Source: a virus (lineage: Duplodnaviria; Caudoviricetes). From it: 42,541 bases of DNA. Location of the stretch: positions 1 through 42,541 of the IMG/VR virus record IMGVR_UViG_3300048848_000078; one strand, given 5' to 3'. The translations under genes and the position numbers were made by a program. The notes beneath the pieces were generated by a model. It searched no databases and was not told where the DNA came from. It was given only the letters and a program-made list of their open reading frames with translations. Of this stretch, positions 15,532 to 25,193 are shown piece after piece; position 1 is the first letter of the stretch, and the number at the start of each line of letters is the position of its first letter.

Positions 15532-15870
15532 ATGGCCTGGAACGATCACTCGCCAGTCAACGCGGCATTCCTGACGGACAAGATCGCGTACTCGTGGAAC
15601 TGCTACGACCCCGAGGGTGACAACGACCAGGGGCTCAACTGGTCGAACCACGTGCACACCATCGACTGCCTGTGGGTCTGGCACGACTGCGACCAGATCC
15701 TTGGGCCCGACACCGTTGCACCTGGCGAGCGCTTCGGCTGGCGGCCCGCCGGCGTCGGCGCACACACGCTCGTGCAGATCGAACCATTGACCATCACCGC
15801 ATCCGTCTACTGGCCCGAGTGTTGCGGCGTACACGGGTTCATCACCAACGGCAGCTGGGCCGACGCGTGA
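15532..15870 (+). CDS. Hypothetical metal-binding protein resembling DUF6527
   Basis: WHDC...PLTITASVYWPECCGVHGFITNGSW; AAGGGG RBS. Confidence 0.6.
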   Translation: MAWNDHSPVNAAFLTDKIAYSWNCYDPEGDNDQGLNWSNHVHTIDCLWVWHDCDQILGPDTVAPGERFGWRPAGVGAHTLVQIEPLTITASVYWPECCGVHGFITNGSWADA

Positions 15871-15989
15871 GAGCCCTGCCCCTGGTCATCGTCGGCTTCA
15901 CCCTCCTGAAGGTCGCCGTGCTCGTCGCCCTGTACTCGCTGCGGCTCGCGCCAGCCGACCCCGGCCCGCTGGAAGACGACACACCATGA
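15867..15989 (+). CDS. Small membrane protein
   Basis: GTGA/ATGA overlaps; one hydrophobic helix. Confidence 0.5.
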   Translation: MRALPLVIVGFTLLKVAVLVALYSLRLAPADPGPLEDDTP

Positions 15990-16291
15990 GCAACCGCAGC
16001 ATCCGCGACGGCAAGGGACACCGTGCCTACCGCCGGCAGCAAGCCGCACTGAGACGCCGCACCGCCGTCGAGAACCTGCCCTGCGGGTACGGCTCACCCA
16101 CCGGCGAAGGATGCGGACAGCCCATCGACACCACACTGCCCAGCAGACACCGGATGTCGTTCACCGCCGACCACCCAGAAGCGCTCGGCAACGGCGGCCG
16201 CCTCATCGGGCAAGTTCTCGTGCCCATGCACATGTCCTGCAACAGCCGCAAGGGCGACCACGCACCAGCCGAGATCTGGGCAGCAAGCTGA
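15986..16291 (+). CDS. Packaging-associated HNH endonuclease
   Basis: C...CGQPID...SFTADH...GG...PMHMSCNSRKGD, upstream of the terminases. Confidence 0.85.
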   Translation: MSNRSIRDGKGHRAYRRQQAALRRRTAVENLPCGYGSPTGEGCGQPIDTTLPSRHRMSFTADHPEALGNGGRLIGQVLVPMHMSCNSRKGDHAPAEIWAAS

Positions 16292-16301
16292 GGAGGCCAC
16301 C

Positions 16302-16865
16302 ATGCCGCACCTCGAAGTACACCAGCGCGATGACAACCGGTGGGGCTGGCGCCTCACCGCAGACAACGGCCGCATCATCGCCACCGACGGCGGCCAAGGG
16401 TACGAGAACCGTGCCGACTGTCAGGCCATGGCGAGCGCCGTGGTCGACGGCCACTACGGCAACCCGACAGAGGAGCCCCGCACCGTGAACACCAGCCACC
16501 ACGTCGACATCGTCATCGAACGAGACGAGCCAGAAGCGGCTGCGATGTTCGGTATACCTGAGCCTGACCACGCAGACGTGGCCCCCGACCCCCGACGTCG
16601 CGTCATCATCCTCGCCCCCACCAAGCAAGCCGGGCACGAGGAAGCACGCACACTCGGCATCGACCCCGTCGCAGTCATCACCCCACGCAGCATCGACGCA
16701 GCACGGGGACTCGGAGCCGACGACATCATCGCCTCCGCCAGCCTGAGCCACGACCAGCGAGACGAGCTACTCACCCACGCGCTTCCGTCAATCGCGACCA
16801 CCCCTGACGCCACCGTCTTCGGCCGGGCCGCGACCGGAACCCCAGAAAAATCCAGCAACCCGTAG
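16302..16865 (+). CDS. DUF1508/YegP-domain protein with additional C-terminal domain
   Basis: EVHQRDDNRWGWRLTADNGRIIATDGGQGYENRADC. Confidence 0.75.
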   Translation: MPHLEVHQRDDNRWGWRLTADNGRIIATDGGQGYENRADCQAMASAVVDGHYGNPTEEPRTVNTSHHVDIVIERDEPEAAAMFGIPEPDHADVAPDPRRRVIILAPTKQAGHEEARTLGIDPVAVITPRSIDAARGLGADDIIASASLSHDQRDELLTHALPSIATTPDATVFGRAATGTPEKSSNP

Positions 16866-16944
16866 TCATGCCCACCTCCCGCGCGGTCCGGGGCAGTTCT
16901 CTCCGCGGGTGAATTTGACGTTGTGGGGGAATTGGAGGGCTGTA

Positions 16945-17364
16945 ATGAGTCGTCCGAAGGCCCCTTGTGGCACCGATGCCGCTTACCGGCGTCATCTGAA
17001 GCATTCTGAGCCCGTCGATGAGGCCTGTCGGGATGCTCACACTGCTGCTGGGCGCGAATCGCGCAGGACGGTGGCCCCGTTGGCCGAGCCTGCCGAAGAA
17101 TCCGTCGATTTCGACGACGCGGACGATGATGACGCCGGCGAAGACGACATGACGCTGATTCTCGACACTCTGCGGACGGCGTTCAAGGCTGTGGCGAACG
17201 AGGACCCGACGAAGCTCGCTCCGATCGCCCGCGAATTCCGGGCTGCTGTCGAATCTGCTCGTGGGCCGGTCGAGCCGGCGAAGGAGACGAGCCTTGCTGA
17301 CGAACTCGCTACCGCTCGAGCAGCTCGGGCTGCAAGAACCCAGGGTTCGGGCGCTTCCGCTTAG
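16945..17364 (+). CDS. Terminase small subunit
   Basis: PCGTDAAYRRH...DEAC N-terminus; LADELATARAARAA C-terminus overlapping terL; GGAGG RBS. Confidence 0.8.
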   Translation: MSRPKAPCGTDAAYRRHLKHSEPVDEACRDAHTAAGRESRRTVAPLAEPAEESVDFDDADDDDAGEDDMTLILDTLRTAFKAVANEDPTKLAPIAREFRAAVESARGPVEPAKETSLADELATARAARAARTQGSGASA

Positions 17365-18886
17365 TCGCGTCGATTCGCTGATCGATGATGTCCTCGACAT
17401 CTGCGACATCGCTTCGATCCGGTGCGACCCGTGGCAGGAGGGCGGCCTCGATGCCGTCGTGTCGGTCGATTCGTTCGGCCAGTGGGCGGCGACGGAGTTC
17501 GGTTTCCTCGTGTCACGGCAGCAGGGCAAAGGAAACATCCTCCTGCCGTACGAACTCGCTCACCTGTACCTTTGGCCGCGGGAGGATGGCGCCCCGAAGC
17601 TCATCGGTCACACCGCGCACGAAGGCGTCACCGCCCGTGAGGCGTTCCGCCGGGCACGCCGTGCGATTCTGGCGGCTCCGATCCTCCGGTCGCAGCTGGT
17701 CGGTGGCGGGAAGCAGACCGCGCAGGGTGTGACTGGGATCTCGACCGGTAACGGCAACTGGGCGATTGAGCTGAAGAACGGCAGCCGCCTAGTGTTCTTC
17801 ACCCGGACCGGTTCGGCCGGCGTCGGTTTGTCCTTCGACGTGCTGATCGTCGACGAGGCGCAGCACTCTCCGCTGACAATCCTCGAAGCGCTTCTCCCGA
17901 CGACGGATGCGAGCCCGAATAAGCAGGTTCTGTTCACGGGCACGGTCCCGAAAGAGGACCAGGACGGCGAGTACTTCGAGGGGCTCCGTGATCGTGGCCG
18001 AAAGGGCGGGCTCGAGCGCACAGGGTGGATCGAACACACCCCGGTCGGATCTGACGACCCTGATAAGGCCGCAGCGCTCGACCTCGGAAGCCCGCAGGTG
18101 TGGCGTGAGGCGAACCCTGGCCTTGGTATCCGGTTGGCGTGGAAGACGATCGAGGACGACTGGGACCGGATGGGGCAGACAAGCCCCGAAGCGTTCGGTC
18201 GGCAGCGCCTGTCGATCTGGCCAAGCCGCCGACCTGTCGTGACGCAGTCGCTTTCCGACATCGATCTCGACGTGTGGAACCGTCATGCCGACCCTGACGC
18301 TGCAGTGACGGGCGATGGTGTGGTTCTGTCGCTGGCTCTGGGCCGCGGCGGCGCGTACGGCACGATCGGGAAGGGTGTCCGCTTCGACTCGGACCACATC
18401 GCGGTCGAGCACGCGCACACGGAGGCCGGCACGCGCTGGATCGCCCCGAAGCTGAAAGAGCTGAAGGCTGAGCACGGCAACGCACTCGTCGTCCTCGACG
18501 CGAAGAACGCAGCCGCGGTCATCTCATCTCTCGATCAGGCGGGCGTGAAGTACCTCGCGATGAACCTCGACGAGATCGCCGCCGCGCACGCCCTGTTCAT
18601 TGAGTACGTGAACGCCGGCATGGTTCCCCACCGCCTTCAGGACGAGGTCACGAAGTCGTTGGAGCTCGCTACGACCCGCCCGCTCGGGCGCGCCGGCAGC
18701 ACGTGGGAGCAGTCAGACCCGACCAAGCCCATCACGCAGGCGCAGGCGGTCACGTGGGCGCTGTGGGGCGTGCTGAAGTCCGAAGCGACGCCCAAAAAGG
18801 TGTCGCCGCCACCGCCGAACGCTGCCGTCCTCACCCGAGGCGATGTCGCCAACAACGAACCAGACCTCAGAACGCTGGGGTTCTAG
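17294..18886 (+). CDS. Terminase large subunit
   Basis: Walker A SRQQGKG, Walker B LIVDEAQ, TGT motif III, ANPGLG; TTG start after AAGGAG. Confidence 0.95.
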   Translation: MLTNSLPLEQLGLQEPRVRALPLSRVDSLIDDVLDICDIASIRCDPWQEGGLDAVVSVDSFGQWAATEFGFLVSRQQGKGNILLPYELAHLYLWPREDGAPKLIGHTAHEGVTAREAFRRARRAILAAPILRSQLVGGGKQTAQGVTGISTGNGNWAIELKNGSRLVFFTRTGSAGVGLSFDVLIVDEAQHSPLTILEALLPTTDASPNKQVLFTGTVPKEDQDGEYFEGLRDRGRKGGLERTGWIEHTPVGSDDPDKAAALDLGSPQVWREANPGLGIRLAWKTIEDDWDRMGQTSPEAFGRQRLSIWPSRRPVVTQSLSDIDLDVWNRHADPDAAVTGDGVVLSLALGRGGAYGTIGKGVRFDSDHIAVEHAHTEAGTRWIAPKLKELKAEHGNALVVLDAKNAAAVISSLDQAGVKYLAMNLDEIAAAHALFIEYVNAGMVPHRLQDEVTKSLELATTRPLGRAGSTWEQSDPTKPITQAQAVTWALWGVLKSEATPKKVSPPPPNAAVLTRGDVANNEPDLRTLGF

Positions 18887-18899
18887 CTGAGGAGGCGAA

Positions 18900-20168
18900 G
18901 TGGCTGAGATCGGATACCAGACCGACGCCGGACTCCTCGGATGGGCTGCGCTGCTTGGGGCTGTCCACGAGACGAACCCCGAGCTGCAGCACCCGAACTC
19001 GCTGAACGTCTTCGACAAGATGCGCCGCGAGGACCCGCAGGTGAAGTCGGTGCTCCGCGCCGTCACCCTCCCGATCATGCGCACCGAGTGGTCGATCGAT
19101 GGTTCCGGCTGTCGCGAGGAAGTCACTCGCGCGATCGCGAACAACCTCGGTCTTCCCGTGAAGGGGCAGCCGTTCGTGGCGCCGCTGCGCACGAAGGGTC
19201 GGTTCTCGTGGAAGGAGCACCTGCGGCTCGCACTGCTGGAGCTCGTCTACGGTCACAGCTTCTTCGAGCAGGTCTACGACCAGTCGAACGGCACCACGGT
19301 TCTCTCGAAGCTGGCATGGCGGCCCCCGCGCACCATCTCGGACATCAGCGTCGCCCCCGACGGCGGCCTCGTCGCGATCAAGCAGTTCGGCCGGGCCGGA
19401 GCCGGAGAGGTTCGAATCCCCGTCGATCGTCTCGTCGCGTACGTGAACGAGCGGGAGGGCGCGAACTGGTTCGGAGAGTCGCTTCTCCGGTCGGCGTACA
19501 AGATGTGGGTGTTGAAGGACCGGGTGCTCCGCATCCAGGCGCTCACAGCGGAGCGGAACGGCCTCGGGCTGCCGGTGTTCACCGCCTCACAACCCCCGGA
19601 GACGGGAACGTTCGAGGAACAAGTCGCCTGGCTCGACAGTGAGATCAAGCGCGGGCTTGAGATCGCGAAACAGGCGCGCGCGGGCGATGCCGCCGGCGCG
19701 TCGCTCGCGTACGGCTCAACCCTGCAGTTCCAGGGCGTCAACGGCAAACTGCCCGACACGGACGGGCCTATCCGGTACTACGACGAGCAAATCGCTCGCG
19801 CAGTGCTCGCGCACTTCCTGAACCTCGGCACCGAGACCGGGTCGTGGGCGCTCGGCTCGACGTTCGCGAACTTCTTCACAGACTCGCTGAACGCGGTAGC
19901 GCAGCACATCGCCGAGGTCACCAACCAGCACGTCATCGAAGACCTCGTCGACTTCAACTGGGGGCCCTCCGAGCCTGCGCCGCGCCTCGTGCCTGCCGCG
20001 ATCGGTGAGCAGCAGCCCGTCACCGCGGAAGCGATCAAGGCGCTCATCGAGTCCGGCGCGATCCAGTCGGACGAGCCGCTCGAGGTGTACCTGCGGGAGA
20101 AGTTCGGTCTGCCCGTCAAGGACGCGACCACCGCACGACCGAAGACGAACGCCGAGGAGGCCGCATGA
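18900..20168 (+). CDS. Portal protein (DUF935-like)
   Basis: DKMRREDPQVKSVL...YGHSFFEQVY...GESLLRSAYKMW...ERNGLGLP...GSWALG. Confidence 0.92.
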   Translation: MAEIGYQTDAGLLGWAALLGAVHETNPELQHPNSLNVFDKMRREDPQVKSVLRAVTLPIMRTEWSIDGSGCREEVTRAIANNLGLPVKGQPFVAPLRTKGRFSWKEHLRLALLELVYGHSFFEQVYDQSNGTTVLSKLAWRPPRTISDISVAPDGGLVAIKQFGRAGAGEVRIPVDRLVAYVNEREGANWFGESLLRSAYKMWVLKDRVLRIQALTAERNGLGLPVFTASQPPETGTFEEQVAWLDSEIKRGLEIAKQARAGDAAGASLAYGSTLQFQGVNGKLPDTDGPIRYYDEQIARAVLAHFLNLGTETGSWALGSTFANFFTDSLNAVAQHIAEVTNQHVIEDLVDFNWGPSEPAPRLVPAAIGEQQPVTAEAIKALIESGAIQSDEPLEVYLREKFGLPVKDATTARPKTNAEEAA

Positions 20169-21424
20169 ACCAGCACGCCAAGGGGGCTCACCGCTTCTGG
20201 GGTGAGAAGCCCCTCCCGAAGTCCAAGCTCGAGTTCTTCAACGCGGTCACCACCCCGGCACCCGTCGGCGACGGAACGATCGCGACGATCCGCATGTACG
20301 GCCCCATCGACTCGTGGGGCGGCTACTGGGGTATCTCCACGAAGGACGTCGGCCAGGTGCTCGACGCCCTGCCCGACACGGTGACGCAGATCATCCTCCG
20401 CGTGAACTCGCCCGGCGGCGAGGTGTTCGAGGGCGTCTCGATCCTGAACATGCTCCGGGCCCACAAGGCCAAGGTGACCGCTGTCGTCGACGGCCTGGCC
20501 GCGTCGGCCGCATCGATCATCGCGGCCGGCTGCGACGAAACGGTGATGTCGCCCGGCACGCAGATGATGATCCACTCGCCGTGGACTTTCACCCTCGGGA
20601 ACGCCGCCGATCTCCGGAAGGACGCCGACCGCCTCGAAGGCATCGAGTCGTCGCTAATCGAGATCTACCAGGCGAAGGCCGGAGACGCCGACTGGGCCAC
20701 TCTCCTCGCCGACGAGACCTGGTACACAGCGGCCGAGACCGTCACTGTGGGCCTCGCCGATCGTGTTGCGGTCATCCCCGACGCCGGCGAGACGGACACC
20801 GTCGGCGAGGAAGAGCCCGAGATCCTCGTCGTGCCGCTTGGCGATGACGACGACCTCGACTCGGCCCGCCTCACCCGAATCGCGGCGTACAGCCGCACCC
20901 CCAAGCCCCCGAGCTCGTCCGAGCCGGGTGACCCCAACCAGAAGGAGAAGCTCAGCATGAGCGACACCATCAAGGCTGGTCTCCGCGAGCGGCTCGGCGT
21001 GACCGATGCCGCAGCTTCGGACGAGACGCTGCTCGCAGCGCTCGACGAGGCGCTCAACGAGCAGGCCGACACCCCCACCGCCGCGACTCTGCCCGAGGGC
21101 ACCGTCGCGATCGACTCGACCGTGCTCGCCGAGCTGCAGTCGAACGCTCGCATGGGCGCCGAAGCGCGCGCCGAGCAGGACCGCGCACGCCGCGACAGCA
21201 TCGTCGCCACCGCCCTCGCCGAGGGCCGCATCACCGCCGCATCCCGCGACGCCTGGCGCACCCAGCTCGACAGCAACGAGGAGGGCACCACCAACCTCCT
21301 CGCATCGCTGGCGAAGAACACCGCAGTCCCCGTCGAGCCCCTCGGACACTCCGACGGTCTCACCGACGCCGATGACGCCCTCGCGGCCGCCGCCGGCTGG
21401 ACCGACACCGAGAAGGGGGCCTGA
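20165..21424 (+). CDS. ClpP-type head maturation protease with C-terminal scaffold domain
   Basis: VNSPGGEV, DGLAASAASII, MMIHSPW, ETWYTAAE...GLAD. Confidence 0.93.
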   Translation: MNQHAKGAHRFWGEKPLPKSKLEFFNAVTTPAPVGDGTIATIRMYGPIDSWGGYWGISTKDVGQVLDALPDTVTQIILRVNSPGGEVFEGVSILNMLRAHKAKVTAVVDGLAASAASIIAAGCDETVMSPGTQMMIHSPWTFTLGNAADLRKDADRLEGIESSLIEIYQAKAGDADWATLLADETWYTAAETVTVGLADRVAVIPDAGETDTVGEEEPEILVVPLGDDDDLDSARLTRIAAYSRTPKPPSSSEPGDPNQKEKLSMSDTIKAGLRERLGVTDAAASDETLLAALDEALNEQADTPTAATLPEGTVAIDSTVLAELQSNARMGAEARAEQDRARRDSIVATALAEGRITAASRDAWRTQLDSNEEGTTNLLASLAKNTAVPVEPLGHSDGLTDADDALAAAAGWTDTEKGA

Positions 21425-21426
21425 CC

Positions 21427-21792
21427 ATGGCCGATTACCTGCCCAAGTTCAAGCCCGGACAGGCCGTGACCTTCACCGCATCGGCGGATGTCACCGGCGG
21501 GCGTCTCGTCGCCCTCACCGGCAACCGCGCCGTCGCCCCCGCCGGGGCCGACTCCGCCGCGGTCATCGGTGTGGCCGGATTCGACGCCCTCGCTGGCGAG
21601 AAGGTCACCGTCTACACACGCGCCGGGGGTGTCCACGGCCTCGTCGCCAACGGCGCTATCGCCGCGGGCGCGAAGGTCATCTCCGCCGCCACCGGCAAGG
21701 CCGCCACCATCGGTGCCGGCGCCAACGCAATCGGTATCGCCCTCGAGGCCGCTGCCGCCGACCTGGACGTCATCGACGTCCTGTTCATCTGA
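21427..21792 (+). CDS. Capsid decoration/cement protein (DUF2190-like)
   Basis: Ala/Gly-rich; IGVAGFDA...IGIALEAA; lies between protease and capsid genes. Confidence 0.8.
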   Translation: MADYLPKFKPGQAVTFTASADVTGGRLVALTGNRAVAPAGADSAAVIGVAGFDALAGEKVTVYTRAGGVHGLVANGAIAAGAKVISAATGKAATIGAGANAIGIALEAAAADLDVIDVLFI

Positions 21793-21803
21793 GAGGGGAC
21801 GGC

Positions 21804-22724
21804 ATGCCTTCCTACACCTACCCGGTGGCGCGCCCGACGGGCACGCTCACCACGGCGCAGATCCACCTGCTCCTGTCCAACCCGCGTCTGGTGGCGAAGC
21901 GCGTCGCGCAGCTCACCGATCAGCGGTTCATCTCCGACTACCTCCTCTCGGGCCGCTACGAGGCCCGCGGAGGCGGCGTCTTCTACGAGACCGGTGAGCA
22001 GATCTTCGCCGCTGACTCGGCGGAGGCCATCGAGTCGCTCGGCGAGTACCCGCTGACGGTCCTCACCCGCGGCGAGCTCGCGGCTGCCAAGACCAGCAAG
22101 ATCGGTCTGGGCACGGAGATCGCCGACGAGGCCATCAGCCGGCTCGGCCAGAACACGGTCGACCGAGCCCTGACACGCCTCGCGAACCAGGTCATCAAGG
22201 ACGTCGACAGCATCGCCATGGCGATCATCGCATCCAAGGTCACCTCGACGGTCGCCTCGTCCGCGTGGACCACGGTCGCTGCCGTCGTGTCGGCACTGCT
22301 CGCCGCGCAGGCCAACCGCGAGGATCTGGCCCTGGGCATCCGCCCCGACGTGGTCGCACTCACCGGCGCCCAGTGGGCGAAGGTCATGGGCCTGTTCGCC
22401 TCGGCCGGCGTGCTTCCCCGCGAGGACGGCAACCCCCTGGTCAACGGCCAGTACCCGCAGAACCTCCTCGGGTTCACGTGGGTCACGTCGCCCTGGCTGG
22501 TGGGCTCCGACCCGCTGCTCGTGGACCGTGAGCAGCTGGGCGGCATGGCCGACGAGGACCTCGGATCGCCGGACTACACCCGGGCGGGCACGTTCAACGT
22601 GGAGACCCACATCGAGCGCATCACCCCCGCTCGTGATGGGTACCGGGCCCACGCCCGCCGCGTCACCGTTCCCGTGGTGATCGAGTCGCAGGCCGGCATC
22701 AAGATCACCGGGACGGGCCTCTGA
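21804..22724 (+). CDS. Major capsid protein
   Basis: MPSYTYP start after GAGGGG; GGGVFY...GEYP...KIGLGTEIADEAI...AGIKITGTGL. Confidence 0.9.
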   Translation: MPSYTYPVARPTGTLTTAQIHLLLSNPRLVAKRVAQLTDQRFISDYLLSGRYEARGGGVFYETGEQIFAADSAEAIESLGEYPLTVLTRGELAAAKTSKIGLGTEIADEAISRLGQNTVDRALTRLANQVIKDVDSIAMAIIASKVTSTVASSAWTTVAAVVSALLAAQANREDLALGIRPDVVALTGAQWAKVMGLFASAGVLPREDGNPLVNGQYPQNLLGFTWVTSPWLVGSDPLLVDREQLGGMADEDLGSPDYTRAGTFNVETHIERITPARDGYRAHARRVTVPVVIESQAGIKITGTGL

Positions 22725-23014
22725 TGGCCGGCGCGCAGGCACCCGACCAGAAGGCCGCAGCCGACAAGGCCGCAGCCGAGGCGTTGGCCGAGCGTGAGGC
22801 TGCGGAAGCCGCAGCCCTGTCAACCGTCGAGACGGTCACCCGCCTCGAGGTCATCGGCGCAGCAGTGGTTCTCGGCACCAGCGACGGCTCCGAGCGGTAC
22901 CTGTACCGCGGGGCTGTCGTCGCCAGGAGCGCGTTCACCAAGGCGAGCATCACCCACGCCATCGATCTGGGCCTCGTCGCCGAGGTCGAGACGCTGGTGC
23001 TCGTCACCGAGTAG
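22724..23014 (+). CDS. Hypothetical head-associated protein
   Basis: TGATG overlap; YLYRGAVV...HAIDLGLV. Confidence 0.75.
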   Translation: MAGAQAPDQKAAADKAAAEALAEREAAEAAALSTVETVTRLEVIGAAVVLGTSDGSERYLYRGAVVARSAFTKASITHAIDLGLVAEVETLVLVTE

Positions 23015-23033
23015 CACCGAAGGGGGCGATGAA

Positions 23034-23393
23034 GTGATCACACACGACCAGGTCGGTGGTGACGAAGACCTCGCACGCGAGGTGCTCATCATCGGTCGCT
23101 CCATCGCCCCCTGCCTCTCCTCGTTCGCTGACAACAGCGAGGAGCAGAAGGACGCCCTCGCGATCCTGAAGCGGGTCTACGCCGAGTGCGTGGCCCGCGG
23201 CCTGCGGTTCGTGAAGGGCCAGAGCATCGGTCCCGCCCGGATCGAGTACCGCGAGGTCGCATCCGCCTTCGACGGGGACCCCCGGGCCGCGCTGCGCGCC
23301 CTCTGCGCCACGGCAGTGGCTAGCGGCGGCTCCCGGGCCAGCTTCCCCGCCGAGCGCCCGCTGAGCGGGCTCTGGCCGGAGACCTACCGATGA
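23034..23393 (+). CDS. Head-to-tail adaptor
   Basis: IAPCL...AILKR...QSIGPARIEY...RAALRALC; gene order. Confidence 0.75.
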   Translation: MITHDQVGGDEDLAREVLIIGRSIAPCLSSFADNSEEQKDALAILKRVYAECVARGLRFVKGQSIGPARIEYREVASAFDGDPRAALRALCATAVASGGSRASFPAERPLSGLWPETYR

Positions 23394-23749
23394 GCGAAGA
23401 CTTCCCGAACGGCCGCACCGTCTACCGGCTTCGCGCCGGAGACAAGACCGACCCCTACTCGGGCAAGACCGCGGCGATCGACTGGGAACACCCGGCCGAC
23501 CCGCTGCCGATCCCTGGTGCGTTCGTCGCGCACACCTCGACCACGATGCTGGCCACCGCTACTCGCGAGCAGGCGCTCGAGGCGAAGTCGCTGTTCTGCG
23601 ACGGCAGCTTCGACGTACTCAAGGGCGACCGCATCCTCGACGGCGCCGACACCTACAGCATCGACGGCATCCCGCCGGCCGCGGACTCGAACCCGTGGAC
23701 CGGGTGGACGCCGCAACGAGAGATCCCCCTCACCCGCTACATGGGCTGA
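23390..23749 (+). CDS. Head-to-tail stopper
   Basis: DPYSG...DW...DVLKGDRI...YSIDGIP...NPWTGW. Confidence 0.8.
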   Translation: MSEDFPNGRTVYRLRAGDKTDPYSGKTAAIDWEHPADPLPIPGAFVAHTSTTMLATATREQALEAKSLFCDGSFDVLKGDRILDGADTYSIDGIPPAADSNPWTGWTPQREIPLTRYMG

Positions 23750-23766
23750 CGATCGGAGGCACCGCG

Positions 23767-24051
23767 ATGGCGAAGAACGCGCGCACCACGGTGGACTTCA
23801 ACCCGAAATTCTTCGACGAGATCATGAAGTCGGCGAAGGTCGAAGCACTAACCACCGAGCTCGCCGACGAGGTGCTCGCCGTGGCGAAGCACACCGCCCC
23901 GGTCGACAGCGGCGACTACCGTGCCGGCCTCCACAAGGAGACCCGCGAGACCCAGTACCGCACGGTCGTGCGCGTCGTCGGCGATGACCCCAAGACGCTC
24001 CTGATCGAGGCGAAGACCGGCAATCTCGCCCGCGCGCTGAAGGCGGTGTGA
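23767..24051 (+). CDS. HK97 gp10-like neck/tail completion protein
   Basis: TAPVDSGDYRAGL...IEAKTGNLARAL. Confidence 0.78.
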   Translation: MAKNARTTVDFNPKFFDEIMKSAKVEALTTELADEVLAVAKHTAPVDSGDYRAGLHKETRETQYRTVVRVVGDDPKTLLIEAKTGNLARALKAV

Positions 24052-24518
24052 CCGCAATGCGCGTCACCGCACCTGACCTCGAACTGTGGCTGACCCAGCA
24101 CATCCGCGCCCTCGCCCTCGCTGAAGAGGTCGACGTCGACGTCAGCAACAAGGAACAGACCGACCTCCAGCTGCCCCTGGCGAGGCCGCTCATCGTCATC
24201 CGCGACGACTCGGGCTCGAGGACGAACTGGACGACCTTCGACAGATCCGTCGGCGCATCCGTGCTCGCCGGGTCGCGGATGAACGACCAGCCCGCGAAGG
24301 ATCTCGCCCGCTGGCTCGCCTCGATCCTTCACGACGATGCTCTCCCGCTTGCGGAGGGCAGCCCAATCGCTTCGGTCGAGTGGGACGGGTGCAACGGCCC
24401 GTACGCGGTGACCGACCAGCTCGACGTCGCACGCCAGTACCTCACGGCGCAGTACGTCGTGACCGGCTCATGGGGAGCCACCCAACCATCAACCCCCGCT
24501 CAGCGGGAGAAGGAGTAA
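24048..24518 (+). CDS. Tail terminator
   Basis: PDLELWL...LIVIRDDSG...GPY; precedes the major tail gene. Confidence 0.75.
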   Translation: MTAMRVTAPDLELWLTQHIRALALAEEVDVDVSNKEQTDLQLPLARPLIVIRDDSGSRTNWTTFDRSVGASVLAGSRMNDQPAKDLARWLASILHDDALPLAEGSPIASVEWDGCNGPYAVTDQLDVARQYLTAQYVVTGSWGATQPSTPAQREKE

Positions 24519-24524
24519 CCACTC

Positions 24525-25103
24525 ATGTCCGCTGACACCCAGGGGAACGACCTCGACGCCGTCGGCGTCCCGATCACCGGTCTCGCCGCGTTCGCGCCGA
24601 TCGTCGAGGCCAACGTCATCGCGAAGGAAGACCTCGGCGCGAGCCCGCTCGTCCTGCCCGCCGCGTTCAAGCGTCTCGGCCTCTACAAGGCCGACGGCGG
24701 CCCCGCCGCGTCCCGTGAGACCGGCGACGCCATCGAGTTCTTCCAGATCGGCTACAGCCTCGCCGGCGACGGAACCCGCACCGTCGTCATCGGCCTCGCC
24801 GAGCAGAACGCGACCGTGCAGGCCCTCATCGAGGGCGCCGAGCCCGACGAGAACGGCGTCATCGAGGTGTCGTCCTCGCTGCCCGACAATCGCTTCATCC
24901 TGCTCGTGGTCACGAAGTACCGCAACGGCAAGGAGAAGCGCGAGATCGGCGTCGCGTCGATCACCGCGGTCGAGGCCGACCAGCAGACCCGCGGCGAGGT
25001 CGAGGGCCAGAACGTCACCTTCACGTGGCAGGAGCACGATCTCTTCAACGGGGCCCCGTTCTGGCGGTTCGGTCCCGCAGTTCCCGGCGTAGTCACGCCG
25101 TAG
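24525..25103 (+). CDS. Major tail protein
   Basis: DTQGNDLDAVGVPITG...LGLYKADGGP...IEFFQ...RGEVEG; AAGGAG RBS. Confidence 0.88.
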   Translation: MSADTQGNDLDAVGVPITGLAAFAPIVEANVIAKEDLGASPLVLPAAFKRLGLYKADGGPAASRETGDAIEFFQIGYSLAGDGTRTVVIGLAEQNATVQALIEGAEPDENGVIEVSSSLPDNRFILLVVTKYRNGKEKREIGVASITAVEADQQTRGEVEGQNVTFTWQEHDLFNGAPFWRFGPAVPGVVTP

Positions 25104-25109
25104 CAGACG

Positions 25110-25144
25110 ACTGGCCGGGGTGTCATCGGGTCGCCCCGGCCGGT
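25110..25144 (+). promoter_or_regulatory. GC-rich stem-loop between major tail and chaperone genes
   Basis: ACTGGCCGGGGTG/CGCCCCGGCCGGT stem with loop TCATCGGGT. Confidence 0.6.
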
Positions 25145-25193
25145 CCACCATCACCAACCCGTAACCCGACAACCCCGATAGGAGATAGCCGCC

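Noticed and set aside
21006-21803. 572-aa capsid ORF with a long N-terminal extension
   Set aside because: The extension is Pro/Arg-rich off-frame read-through across two real genes; the RBS supports ATG 21804.
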